Below, in pieces: positions 17,546 to 25,887 of a stretch of 45,683 nt of DNA (position 1 is the stretch's first letter; each line of letters starts with the position of its first letter). The translations under genes and the position numbers were made by a program. Origin of the DNA: Pseudomonadota bacterium (GTDB lineage: Bacteria > Pseudomonadota > Alphaproteobacteria > Rhizobiales > Xanthobacteraceae); the NCBI GenBank assembly GCA_023417665.1, contig JAEZFA010000249.1, positions 1-45,683 on the forward strand. Reading direction: 5' to 3'. Under the pieces are notes generated by a model. It ran no database searches. It saw only the letters and a list, made by a program, of their open reading frames with translations, and was not told the DNA's origin.

Positions 17546-18659
17546 TAATCTCAAGGAGAGCGCGATTGTGAAGGCTTCGATGACGCCGGAGACGATTGCC
17601 GTAAAGCTGGATGCCGTCACCAAACGCTTCGGCGATACGGTCGCGCTCCACGAGGCTTGGCTCAAAGTACGTTCGGGCGAGTTCATGACGCTGCTCGGCC
17701 CTTCGGGCTGCGGCAAGACGACGATTCTCAACCTCGTCGCCGGCTTTCTCGAGTGCGATGCCGGTGAAATCTTCATCAGCGGCGAACTGGTGACGGAAAC
17801 GCCTACCTACAAGCGCGAGATCGGGATCGTCTTCCAGAACTACTCGCTGTTCCCGCACATGACCGTCGAGAGTAATGTCGGATACGGGTTGCGCGCGCGC
17901 GGCGTGAAGGCCGAGGAAATCGCGGTCCGTGTCAACGAGGCGCTGGAGCTGGTCAAGCTGTCGGGCTTCGAGAAGCGCAAGCCCAAGCAACTGTCCGGCG
18001 GCCAGCAGCAACGCGTGGCGCTCGCACGCGCGCTGGTGCTGCGGCCCAAGGTGCTCCTGCTCGACGAGCCGTTCTCCGCGCTCGACAAGAATCTGCGCGC
18101 CTCGATGCAGATCGAGCTCAAGGAGATCCAGAGCAAGCTCGGCGTGACCACGATCTTCGTAACCCACGACCAGAGCGAAGCGCTCAGCATGTCGGACCGG
18201 ATCGCGGTGATGTCGGCCGGCAAAATCCGGCAGATCGGTACGCCGATGGAGGTCTATGAGCATCCGTCGGATGAGTTCGTCGCTTCGTTCATCGGCGATG
18301 TGAACGTTTTTGCCGGCCGCGTTGGCGAAGCGGGTCGCATTGCTATCGGCGAGACCGAGATCGCGCTGCCGGAAGCGAAGCGCGGTTCGACCAGCGGCAG
18401 TTCGGTGAGGCTGTTCGCCCGCCCGGAACATCTCCGGCTTGTGAACGCGGAGATGGCGGGTTCGCTGCAGGCGACCGTGCAGACGCTGGTCTATCAGGGA
18501 AGTCACATCGACGTGCATCTGGCCTGCGCAAGTGCCGAGAGCGGCCGAATAATGGTGCGCGTTCCGTCCGCCGCCGTGAGCGAGAAGCTCGCAGTGGGCG
18601 CGCCGGTAGGGCTGCAGTTCGTGCCTGAGAAGCTGAACATCTTCAACATGAGTGAATGA
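17526..18659 (+). CDS. ABC transporter ATP-binding protein (PotA-like, with C-terminal TOBE-like domain)
   Basis: Walker A 'GPSGCGKTT', signature 'LSGGQQQRVALARAL', Walker B 'LLLDEPFSALD'. The start is ambiguous: ATG 17526, GTG 17568 (AAGGAG RBS 9 nt upstream) or ATG 17580. Confidence 0.85.
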   Translation: MSNRLADNLKESAIVKASMTPETIAVKLDAVTKRFGDTVALHEAWLKVRSGEFMTLLGPSGCGKTTILNLVAGFLECDAGEIFISGELVTETPTYKREIGIVFQNYSLFPHMTVESNVGYGLRARGVKAEEIAVRVNEALELVKLSGFEKRKPKQLSGGQQQRVALARALVLRPKVLLLDEPFSALDKNLRASMQIELKEIQSKLGVTTIFVTHDQSEALSMSDRIAVMSAGKIRQIGTPMEVYEHPSDEFVASFIGDVNVFAGRVGEAGRIAIGETEIALPEAKRGSTSGSSVRLFARPEHLRLVNAEMAGSLQATVQTLVYQGSHIDVHLACASAESGRIMVRVPSAAVSEKLAVGAPVGLQFVPEKLNIFNMSE

Positions 18660-18660
18660 A

Positions 18661-19269
18661 ATGAAATTATTCTACGCGATCACGTCGCCTTACGTCAGAA
18701 AGGTGATGGTTACGGCTTACGAGCACGGGCTTACCGACCGCATCGAACTGATCAAGATGCCGGCGAAGGATCCGCTGGAGCCGTCCATTGCGACTAGCCA
18801 CAACCCGCTCGGAAAAATCCCGACGCTGATTACCGACGACGGCGAGGCGATCTACGACAGCGTCGTGATCTGCGAATATCTCGATGGGCTTGCTCCGGAA
18901 GCGAAGCGGCTGTTTCCCGGCGGCGAGGAGAAAATCCCTTCACTCGTGCTGCATGCGCTCGCCAACGGCATGATCGATGCGGGCATGGCGGCGCGCGCCG
19001 ATGAAGTCGTCAGGCCGGAAGCTTTTCGCTGGGAAGGCGGCAAGAACTACCAGATGGAGAAGATGAGGCTCAGCCTCAAGGAGATCGAGAGCAGGGTCGA
19101 TATGTTCGACGAGGCGCTCTGCATCGGCAAGATCACCGTCGCCTGCGGGCTCGGCTGGTTCGATTTCCGCTTCCCGGGGTTCGACTGGCGCGCGGATTTT
19201 CCGCTGACCGCACAGTGGTTTGAATCGGTGAGCATGCGTCCGTCGATGCAGGCAACGCGGCCGGCGTAA
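18661..19269 (+). CDS. Glutathione S-transferase (YibF-like)
   Basis: 'MKLFYAITSPYVRKVMV…' resembles the YibF 'MKL…YTSPFVRK' N-terminus. 'IPTLITDDGEAIYDSVVICEYL' is the GSH-binding region. ATG lies 1 nt after the ATPase stop. Confidence 0.8.
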   Translation: MKLFYAITSPYVRKVMVTAYEHGLTDRIELIKMPAKDPLEPSIATSHNPLGKIPTLITDDGEAIYDSVVICEYLDGLAPEAKRLFPGGEEKIPSLVLHALANGMIDAGMAARADEVVRPEAFRWEGGKNYQMEKMRLSLKEIESRVDMFDEALCIGKITVACGLGWFDFRFPGFDWRADFPLTAQWFESVSMRPSMQATRPA

Positions 19270-19320
19270 CGGGCAGAATTTTCCGAACTAGCCCGAAGGA
19301 AAATGCGATTTTACTTGGTC

Positions 19321-19332
19321 GGAAAATTTTCC
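19321..19332. promoter_or_regulatory. Perfect 12-bp palindrome GGAAAATTTTCC upstream of the HpaB-like gene
   Basis: Read directly. Related half-sites GAATTTTCC (19276-19284) and GGAAAAT (19298-19304) lie just upstream. Confidence 0.35.
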
Positions 19333-19393
19333 TTCATTCGTAATGCAGTTTTGCCCGCGGCACGCGGGAGTAATTTGAAGGATAGCGCAGGCG

Positions 19394-20833
19394 ATGATCA
19401 GGACAGGTGAGCAGTATCGGGATTCCATCCGTGACGGCCGGCGCGTCTGGATAAACGGCGAGCGGGTTCAGGACGTGACCCGCCATCCGATGTTCCGTCC
19501 TGCGATTGATGTGCGTGCCTCCTGGTACGATATGCAGCACGACGCCAAGCATCGCGCGACGCTGGTGACGGAAACGGAAAAGTTCGGGCCGGTCTCCAAG
19601 GTTCTGTCGATGCCTTACACGAAAGAGGACTGGCACGAGAAGCGCGCGGCGGTCGAGCTCATGTTTGGCGCCGCAGGGGGCTTCATCACGCGCTATGGCG
19701 ATCCCGGAGAGCTCTGGGCCCTACACGACGGCGAGAAGGTGATCGCCGATCTCGTGCCGGAATATGTGCAGAACGTCCGCCGCCATATTGATCGCGTCAT
19801 CGAGCAGGACCTGTTCACGGCCTCCGCGAATACCGACCCGAAGGGCGACCGCTCCAAGCGCCCGCAGGATCAGGATCCCGACATGCTGCTGCGTGTCGTG
19901 AAGGAGACCGACGCCGGCATCATCGTGCGCGGCGCCAAATACGAGACGGCGGCGGCTTACGCCAACCAGGCGTTCACGAAGCCGACGATCGCGAATTGGG
20001 GCGACAGCGAGCTTTCCGATTACGCGGTCGGCTTCATGTGCAATCTGAGCGCGCCGAACCTGCGCTTCATCTGCCGGACCGGCTTCGCCGGCAACGGAAG
20101 CCCGGAAGATTATCCGCTGTCGAGCCGGTTCGACGAGGTCGATGCGCTGATCGTGTTCGACGACGTGCTGATCCCGTGGGAAGACGTGTTCTTCTGCCGT
20201 CAGACCAATGCCGCGACCTACATTCGCAGCACGCTGCATCGCTACGTCGTGTTCACCTTCGTGATGCGTGCAATGAAAATCGCCGACATGCTGATCGGCG
20301 CTTCGCTTCTCAACGTGCGCCAGACCGGCCTCGAAAAGCAGCCGGCGGTGCAGGAGAAGCTCGCCCACATGGCGGTCTATCGCGAAGGCATCAACGCCTA
20401 CCTCACGGCGGCGATTGCCAGCGCGGAAAGGAGCCCCGGCGGACTGATGATGCCGGCGCAGTCCTTCATGATGACGGGCCGGGTTTTCGCGGTGATGAAC
20501 CTGCACGAGATCGTCCATATCGCCCGCGAGCTTTGCGGCGGTCAGGTGTGCATTACCCCCGATATTGCGGCGTTCCGCGATCCGGAAACCGCGCCCTGGC
20601 TCGAGAAGTACTACACGATCAACGAGTCCTGGCAGGCGGAAGACCGCCGCAAGCTGCTGGCTTATGCGCGCGATCTCATCAATTCGGATTTCGCCGGTCA
20701 TCAGCTCAGCTTCAACTTGTTCTCGCACTCGCCGCCTTATGCGTTGCTCGGCGCGGTCTATCGAAACTTTCCTTGGTCCGAGCCGGTCGATTTCGTGCGC
20801 AAGTCTGCCGGGCTTTCCGACCGCGTGAAGTGA
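19394..20833 (+). CDS. HpaB-family (4-hydroxyphenylacetate 3-monooxygenase-like) FADH2-dependent oxygenase component
   Basis: 479 aa. 'TGEQYRDSIRDGRRVWINGERVQDVTRHP' is the hallmark N-terminus. 'IIVRGAK' and 'PLSSRFDE' are present. Confidence 0.85.
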   Translation: MIRTGEQYRDSIRDGRRVWINGERVQDVTRHPMFRPAIDVRASWYDMQHDAKHRATLVTETEKFGPVSKVLSMPYTKEDWHEKRAAVELMFGAAGGFITRYGDPGELWALHDGEKVIADLVPEYVQNVRRHIDRVIEQDLFTASANTDPKGDRSKRPQDQDPDMLLRVVKETDAGIIVRGAKYETAAAYANQAFTKPTIANWGDSELSDYAVGFMCNLSAPNLRFICRTGFAGNGSPEDYPLSSRFDEVDALIVFDDVLIPWEDVFFCRQTNAATYIRSTLHRYVVFTFVMRAMKIADMLIGASLLNVRQTGLEKQPAVQEKLAHMAVYREGINAYLTAAIASAERSPGGLMMPAQSFMMTGRVFAVMNLHEIVHIARELCGGQVCITPDIAAFRDPETAPWLEKYYTINESWQAEDRRKLLAYARDLINSDFAGHQLSFNLFSHSPPYALLGAVYRNFPWSEPVDFVRKSAGLSDRVK

Positions 20834-20837
20834 TGCC

Positions 20838-22133
20838 GTGAAGACGAAGCTTCAATTCCACCAGCAAGGCTTCGATCATGCGGATATTTCGGGGATCTGG
20901 AGGTCGGGCGAGGCGTCGCGCGATTTCCGGACGCTCTGCTCGTTTGGTGGCCGCTTCGCGGGCACCGCAAGCGAGCGCAATGCCACGGAATATCTTGCGC
21001 TTCGGCTGGAGCAGATCCTTGGCGTGCAGGCGCGGCGGCTGCCGGTACCTTATCTCGGCTGGGACCGCATCGGCGGCCGGCTGGATATGGCAGACGGCGT
21101 CACGATCCCGGCGACGCCGCTCGGCCGCTCTCCGGCGGTCAGCAAGCTGAAAACAAAGGTTGTCGATCTGGGGCGAGGCACGCGCCGCGATTTCGATGCC
21201 GCTGCCGACAGGATCGCGGGTTGTGCCGTGCTTGTCAGCCACGAATACATGCTCGCTTCCGGCCATGTGCACCGCCGCGACAAGTATCGCTGGGCGAAGA
21301 TGTTCGGCGCTTCGGCTTTCATCATTGCCTGCAATCTTCCGGGCAATCTCACGGTGACCGGCTCGGCGGGAAGCGGCGCCGAGGACGATATTCCCGCGGT
21401 CGGGGTGTCATATGAAGACGGCCGGCGCCTTGCCGCGCAAGACGGCGAGATTTCCATCACGGTCGAGGGGAAGTTCGAGAGACGCGTTGCGGAGAATCTG
21501 GTCGTCGATATTCCCGGCAACGGCGATCGCGTCATCCTGCTCTGTGCGCATATCGACGGGCATCACCTTTCCGAGAATGCGATCGACAACACTTCCGGTT
21601 TGACCGTGCTGCTGCTTGCAGCCGGCGTGATCGCCGACATTGCCGAGCGCAGCCGCTATGGGCTCAGGATCGTCCTGTTCAATGTCGAGGAATGGGCGGT
21701 CATTGGTTCCAAACACTATCTCGACTCGCTGCCGGAGCAGGAACGTGCACGCATCGTCCTGAATATCAATCTTGATTCCGTCGCGGGCGCGCGCTCGCTC
21801 ACCGTGCTGACCAGCGGACTTTCGGATTGCGAAGCGCTCGTGAACGAAGTGAACGAGCGTTCGTTGCTGGCACTTGGTATTGAGCGGCCGTTCCTGGGCA
21901 ATTCCGACCATGGAAATTTTATCCGGAAAGGGATTCCGGCAATGCGCCTTTGCGCTGGCTGGAATGACCCGGCCTCGAACCTGCGTTTTCTTCTGACGCC
22001 CGCCGATACGCCCGACAAGGTTTCTCTGCCCGAGATCGGGACGGCGGCGGTGGCAACGGCAATGCTTTTCGAGCGTGCGGTGCAGAGAGACGAGTTTCGC
22101 TTCGACCGCGCGCCGGTCAATGGAGAAGTCTAG
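20838..22133 (+). CDS. M28-family zinc aminopeptidase-like protein (no signal peptide)
   Basis: 431 aa with a GTG start. Full ligand set: 'CAHIDGHH', 'DNTSGL', 'FNVEEW', 'NLDSV', 'SDHGNF'. Confidence 0.8.
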   Translation: MKTKLQFHQQGFDHADISGIWRSGEASRDFRTLCSFGGRFAGTASERNATEYLALRLEQILGVQARRLPVPYLGWDRIGGRLDMADGVTIPATPLGRSPAVSKLKTKVVDLGRGTRRDFDAAADRIAGCAVLVSHEYMLASGHVHRRDKYRWAKMFGASAFIIACNLPGNLTVTGSAGSGAEDDIPAVGVSYEDGRRLAAQDGEISITVEGKFERRVAENLVVDIPGNGDRVILLCAHIDGHHLSENAIDNTSGLTVLLLAAGVIADIAERSRYGLRIVLFNVEEWAVIGSKHYLDSLPEQERARIVLNINLDSVAGARSLTVLTSGLSDCEALVNEVNERSLLALGIERPFLGNSDHGNFIRKGIPAMRLCAGWNDPASNLRFLLTPADTPDKVSLPEIGTAAVATAMLFERAVQRDEFRFDRAPVNGEV

Positions 22134-22627
22134 TGAAGGATATTCAGGAACGCTTCAGGCTTGCCATGCGCGGAACCGTTTCCGGCGTTTCGATCGTGAC
22201 CGCGGCCGGGGAAACCGGACACGTTGGCGTCACCGTGTCCTCGCTCTCGTCGCTGTCGCTGGAGCCGCCGTCGATCCTCGTGGCGATTCACGAGAAAAGC
22301 TACGCGCTTGCGACGATCGAGGCGCGGAAGCACTTCGCCGCCAATATCCTGTCGGGCAGCCAGATGTATCTCGCGGAGATCTTTGCCGGAAGAAGGCCGG
22401 ACATGAGAGGCGACAGGTTCAGCCATGCCTGCTGGCGAACGCTCGCGAGCGGCGCGCCGATTCTGGAGCATGCGATCGCCGCTTTCGACTGCAAGCTGGT
22501 GCAGGTCGTGCCGTTCGGGTCGCACCGGATTCTTCTTGGCGAGGTGCTGGACCTTCGCCATTCCATCGCGCCGGCGCTGTTCTATTCCAACGGCGTTTTC
22601 GGGACTGCGCAGTCCGATCTCGGATAG
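22133..22627 (+). CDS. Flavin reductase (HpaC/flavin_reduct domain)
   Basis: 164 aa. 'FRLAMRGTVSGVSIVTA…VTVSSLSSLSLEPPSILVAI'. GTG overlaps the M28 stop by 1 nt. Confidence 0.85.
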   Translation: MKDIQERFRLAMRGTVSGVSIVTAAGETGHVGVTVSSLSSLSLEPPSILVAIHEKSYALATIEARKHFAANILSGSQMYLAEIFAGRRPDMRGDRFSHACWRTLASGAPILEHAIAAFDCKLVQVVPFGSHRILLGEVLDLRHSIAPALFYSNGVFGTAQSDLG

Positions 22628-22711
22628 CATTGCCGATCCCGGATAGCGTGGCTGGTGCGCTTCGAAGAAAGCGCGCCGCAAACTGCTCAAGCGTCAGCCT
22701 ATGAATTGATC

Positions 22712-23314
22712 TCAGGCGAGCTTCTTTCTGGTTGGCCGGGCTTTGCGTTTCGACGCCGACCGCGTCGTCAGATAGTCCGAGCTTTTTGCAAGCCGCGATT
22801 TCAGGTGGCCGGCGAAATCAACGGCGGTTGCGCCGCCATCGGATAGCCGACGCATGATCTTGCACAGTATTCTGAACTCGTCGGCATTCAACGTCTCAAA
22901 AAGCATGTCGTTGACAGGCCGCTGGAGGATCGCGAGACGAGCGAGCAGGGCGTTTCCCTGACTTGTTATCGCCAGTCTCACACGCCGGCCATCCACCTGA
23001 TGTGGACGCTTGCTGACCAGCTTGTCGTCGACGAGCTTGTTTATCTCGAGCGTCACGAAAGCGCTGCTCAGGTGGAGACGCTTGGCGATATAGCCGACAC
23101 CTTCGCTTTGCGGAGATTGTGCGATCGCGATCAGGATCAAATATTGGGCAGTGGAAAGTCCGGCGTATTCCGCGAACTTCCCGCGCGCTGCTTCGAGGCA
23201 GCTGCCGAACGCAAAGAAATCATACAGTAACGCTCGAAACGTCCGGTCGCTCCCCTGGTCGAGCAGTTCCGCTTTCGAGACCGTTCGCAGATTGGCCAAT
23301 GTTTGATCCCCCAT
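22712..23314 (-). CDS. MarR-family transcriptional regulator
   Basis: 200 aa. 'GLSTAQYLILIAIAQ…GYIAKRLHLSSAFVTLEINKLVDDKLVSKRPHQVDGRRVRLAIT' is a winged HTH. Has a basic C-terminal tail. Confidence 0.85.
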   Translation of the reverse strand: MGDQTLANLRTVSKAELLDQGSDRTFRALLYDFFAFGSCLEAARGKFAEYAGLSTAQYLILIAIAQSPQSEGVGYIAKRLHLSSAFVTLEINKLVDDKLVSKRPHQVDGRRVRLAITSQGNALLARLAILQRPVNDMLFETLNADEFRILCKIMRRLSDGGATAVDFAGHLKSRLAKSSDYLTTRSASKRKARPTRKKLA

Positions 23315-23361
23315 GCCGCGCTTCTGTGCAGCAAGTTAGCCAACCCGGCCGCATTGCACAA

Positions 23362-23382
23362 TTGACAGCAATTTATATTTGC
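23362..23382. promoter_or_regulatory. Candidate -35 box / MarR operator
   Basis: TTGACA (23362-23367) is followed by GCAATTTATATTTGC (GCAA-N7-TTGC dyad) in the 124-bp divergent spacer. Confidence 0.3.
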
Positions 23383-23438
23383 CACAAAACTATCTCAGAA
23401 ATGGAAACGCAAGCACCGCGTTGACGTTTGGAGGCGGG

Positions 23439-23957
23439 ATGGACGGCCGAGGCTTTCGCAAAGCGCTAGGAGAGTTCGCTACCGGCGTCGCCATCATTAC
23501 CGCCCGCAGCAAGGGCGAGGAACTGATCGGCATGACGATGAGCTCCTTCAACTCCGTTTCCGTCGATCCTCCACTGGTTCTGTTCAGCGTAGATCGTCGC
23601 GCGTACAGCCTTGATGCGATGCTCGTGGCGTCAGGTTTTGCCGTGAACGTGCTTTCGCGCGATCAGGAATGGCTTTCCGACAGGTTTGCACGCGCGCTCG
23701 GCGACAAATGGAGCAGCGTCGAGCACACGATCGGGCATGAAGAGGCGCCGCTGCTGTCTGGCGCTCTCGCGCATTTCGAGTGCGAGCCTTACGCGAATTA
23801 CGAAGGCGGCGACCACATTATTTTTGTCGTTCGCGTGCTTCGGTATTCGGTGCGGGGCGATCCCGCGCAGCCTTTGATTTTCTTTCGTGGTCGGTATCGG
23901 GATCTCGTTGGTGAGGGCGAGAGAGAACCCGCCTGGCCACTGCCAATCCACTACTAA
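23439..23957 (+). CDS. Flavin reductase (flavin_reduct domain)
   Basis: ATG 23439 sits 4 nt after a GGAGG RBS. 'FRKALGEFATGVAIITA…MTMSSFNSVSVDPPLVLFSV'. Confidence 0.85.
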   Translation: MDGRGFRKALGEFATGVAIITARSKGEELIGMTMSSFNSVSVDPPLVLFSVDRRAYSLDAMLVASGFAVNVLSRDQEWLSDRFARALGDKWSSVEHTIGHEEAPLLSGALAHFECEPYANYEGGDHIIFVVRVLRYSVRGDPAQPLIFFRGRYRDLVGEGEREPAWPLPIHY

Positions 23958-23977
23958 TAACGGATGGAACGACCCAA

Positions 23978-25453
23978 ATGATGCGATCAGCCAAAGAGTA
24001 TTTGTCGGCACTGCGGGATGGCAGGCAGATATTCATCAACGGCAAGCTCGTTGAAGATGTCACGACGCACCCCGCGTTTCACAATGTAGCCCGCTCGATG
24101 GGGCGGCTGTTCGATTTTGCGAAAGCCGACGCCAACCGCAAACTCATGACGTTCGAAACCGAAGCGGGGCCGGCAAACCGGATATGGCAGCTCCCGACTT
24201 CCTATGACGAACTTGTCGAGCGCCGCCACGCGCTTGAGGCGTGGGGTTCGCTGCATGCCGGATATCTGGGCCGCGCGCCCGATCACGTTGCCTCGTGCAT
24301 TTCCGGTCTTTACATGGGGCTCGACGTTTTCAACGAATACGATCCGGCTCGGGCCGAAGCGCTGGCGAATTACTATCGCTATGCGCGCGACAACGATCTC
24401 TATCTCACTTATGTGATCATCAATCCGCAGGCGGACCGCTCGAAGGGCGCTGCCGAGCAGGCGGATCCGTATCTCACGGCAGGGGTTGTCGCGAAGGACG
24501 CCGAAGGAATTACCATTCGCGGCGCGAAGATGCTTGCGACCGGCGGCGTCGTCGCCGACGAAGTCTTCGTCACCACGATCCAGCCGATGCGCCCGGGCGA
24601 GGAGCGGTATGCGATGTCATTCGCCATACCGATCGGCGCCAAGGGATTGAAGCTGCTTTCGAGGAAGTCCTACGAGGAGTCCGCCGGCGCGGTCTTCGAC
24701 AGTCCGCTCTCGAGCCGCTTCGACGAGAACGATTCCGTGCTTTATTTCGACGACGTCAAGGTGCCCTGGGAGCGCGTGTTCATCGAGGGCAGCGTGGAGA
24801 TGTGCCAGAAGCAGTTCCACGCAACGCCGGCGCATGTATTCCAGAATTATCAGGCCATGGTCCGCCTGACGGTCAAGCTGCGCTTTCTCACGGGGATCGC
24901 GCATCGCATTGCCGAGATCAACGGCGTGACCCAGTTTCCGCAAGTCAAGGAAATGCTCGGTCAGGTCGCGGCCGAGGCGGGTATGGTCGATGCCCTGGTC
25001 GCGGCGATGGAAGCGAAGGGTTCGATGTACGGACCCTACTACATCCCGCACAAGCATACGCTCTATTCCGCGCAGGTCTTGACGCAGCAACTGTATTCCA
25101 AGGTCGTCAACACGCTTCGCGAGCTGGCCGGCGGCGGCATGATCATGCTGCCGTCCTCGGTCGAGGACTATTCGAATCCCGAGATTGCCGATCTGATCTC
25201 GAAGACGCAGCAGTCGCCCAATGCCAGCTCGAGCGAGCGCGTGAAGTTCTACAAGCTTGCATGGGATGCGGTGGGGTCCGAATTCGGATCACGACACCAG
25301 CAGTATGAAATGTTCTACGCCGGCGCGACTTTCGTGACGAAGGCGCATTCCTACCGGACATACGACTGGGCATCCGCGAACAAGCTCGTGCAAGGAATTC
25401 TCGAATCCTACGACCTCGCCGGCGATCTAAGCCGCGAGAACAAGGCAGCGTGA
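23978..25453 (+). CDS. HpaB-family FADH2-dependent oxygenase component (second paralogue)
   Basis: 491 aa. 'SAKEYLSALRDGRQIFINGKLVEDVTTHPAF', 'ITIRGAKM', 'PLSSRFDENDSVLYFDDVKVPWERVF'. Confidence 0.9.
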   Translation: MMRSAKEYLSALRDGRQIFINGKLVEDVTTHPAFHNVARSMGRLFDFAKADANRKLMTFETEAGPANRIWQLPTSYDELVERRHALEAWGSLHAGYLGRAPDHVASCISGLYMGLDVFNEYDPARAEALANYYRYARDNDLYLTYVIINPQADRSKGAAEQADPYLTAGVVAKDAEGITIRGAKMLATGGVVADEVFVTTIQPMRPGEERYAMSFAIPIGAKGLKLLSRKSYEESAGAVFDSPLSSRFDENDSVLYFDDVKVPWERVFIEGSVEMCQKQFHATPAHVFQNYQAMVRLTVKLRFLTGIAHRIAEINGVTQFPQVKEMLGQVAAEAGMVDALVAAMEAKGSMYGPYYIPHKHTLYSAQVLTQQLYSKVVNTLRELAGGGMIMLPSSVEDYSNPEIADLISKTQQSPNASSSERVKFYKLAWDAVGSEFGSRHQQYEMFYAGATFVTKAHSYRTYDWASANKLVQGILESYDLAGDLSRENKAA

Positions 25454-25465
25454 GGGAGCGCCGGT

Positions 25466-25846
25466 ATGCCCGTAAACAAGAAACACGATGAGTTCTACAC
25501 GCTCGACATGTCGTCGGGGTGGGAAACTCCGGCGGGTTACCCTGCCGGAATTCAGCAAAAGATTCTTTCCGGCGCACTGGACGAAGAGGCAATGCGCGGT
25601 ACGCGCACGCGGCTGCTGCGCTTTGCGCCGGGGACCTACACCACGAAGCCCTTTTCTCACGAGTACTGGGAGGAGGTTTATCTCATCTCCGGAGACCTGA
25701 TCGTCGGCAATGACGAGAAGGGCAATGGCGGACAGAATTTTCCGCCGAACACCTATGCGTGCCGCCCACCGCACGCAAAACACGGGCCGTTCAAATCAGA
25801 GAACGGCTGCATGCTTATCGAAATTCACTACTTCGATCCTGTTTAA
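25466..25846 (+). CDS. Cupin-domain protein
   Basis: 126 aa. 'HEYWEEVYLISGDLIVG' and 'PPHAKHGPF' form a two-motif cupin barrel. Not assignable to a dioxygenase family by eye. Confidence 0.6.
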   Translation: MPVNKKHDEFYTLDMSSGWETPAGYPAGIQQKILSGALDEEAMRGTRTRLLRFAPGTYTTKPFSHEYWEEVYLISGDLIVGNDEKGNGGQNFPPNTYACRPPHAKHGPFKSENGCMLIEIHYFDPV

Positions 25847-25887
25847 GTCACCCACTCGTATCAGCACTCGCAAACGGGGGAATAAAA

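Noticed and set aside
16181-17776. 531-aa minus-strand ORF.
   Set aside because: It is antisense to two ABC permeases and the start of the ATPase. Its composition is extremely Arg/Gln/Asp-rich and it has no family features.
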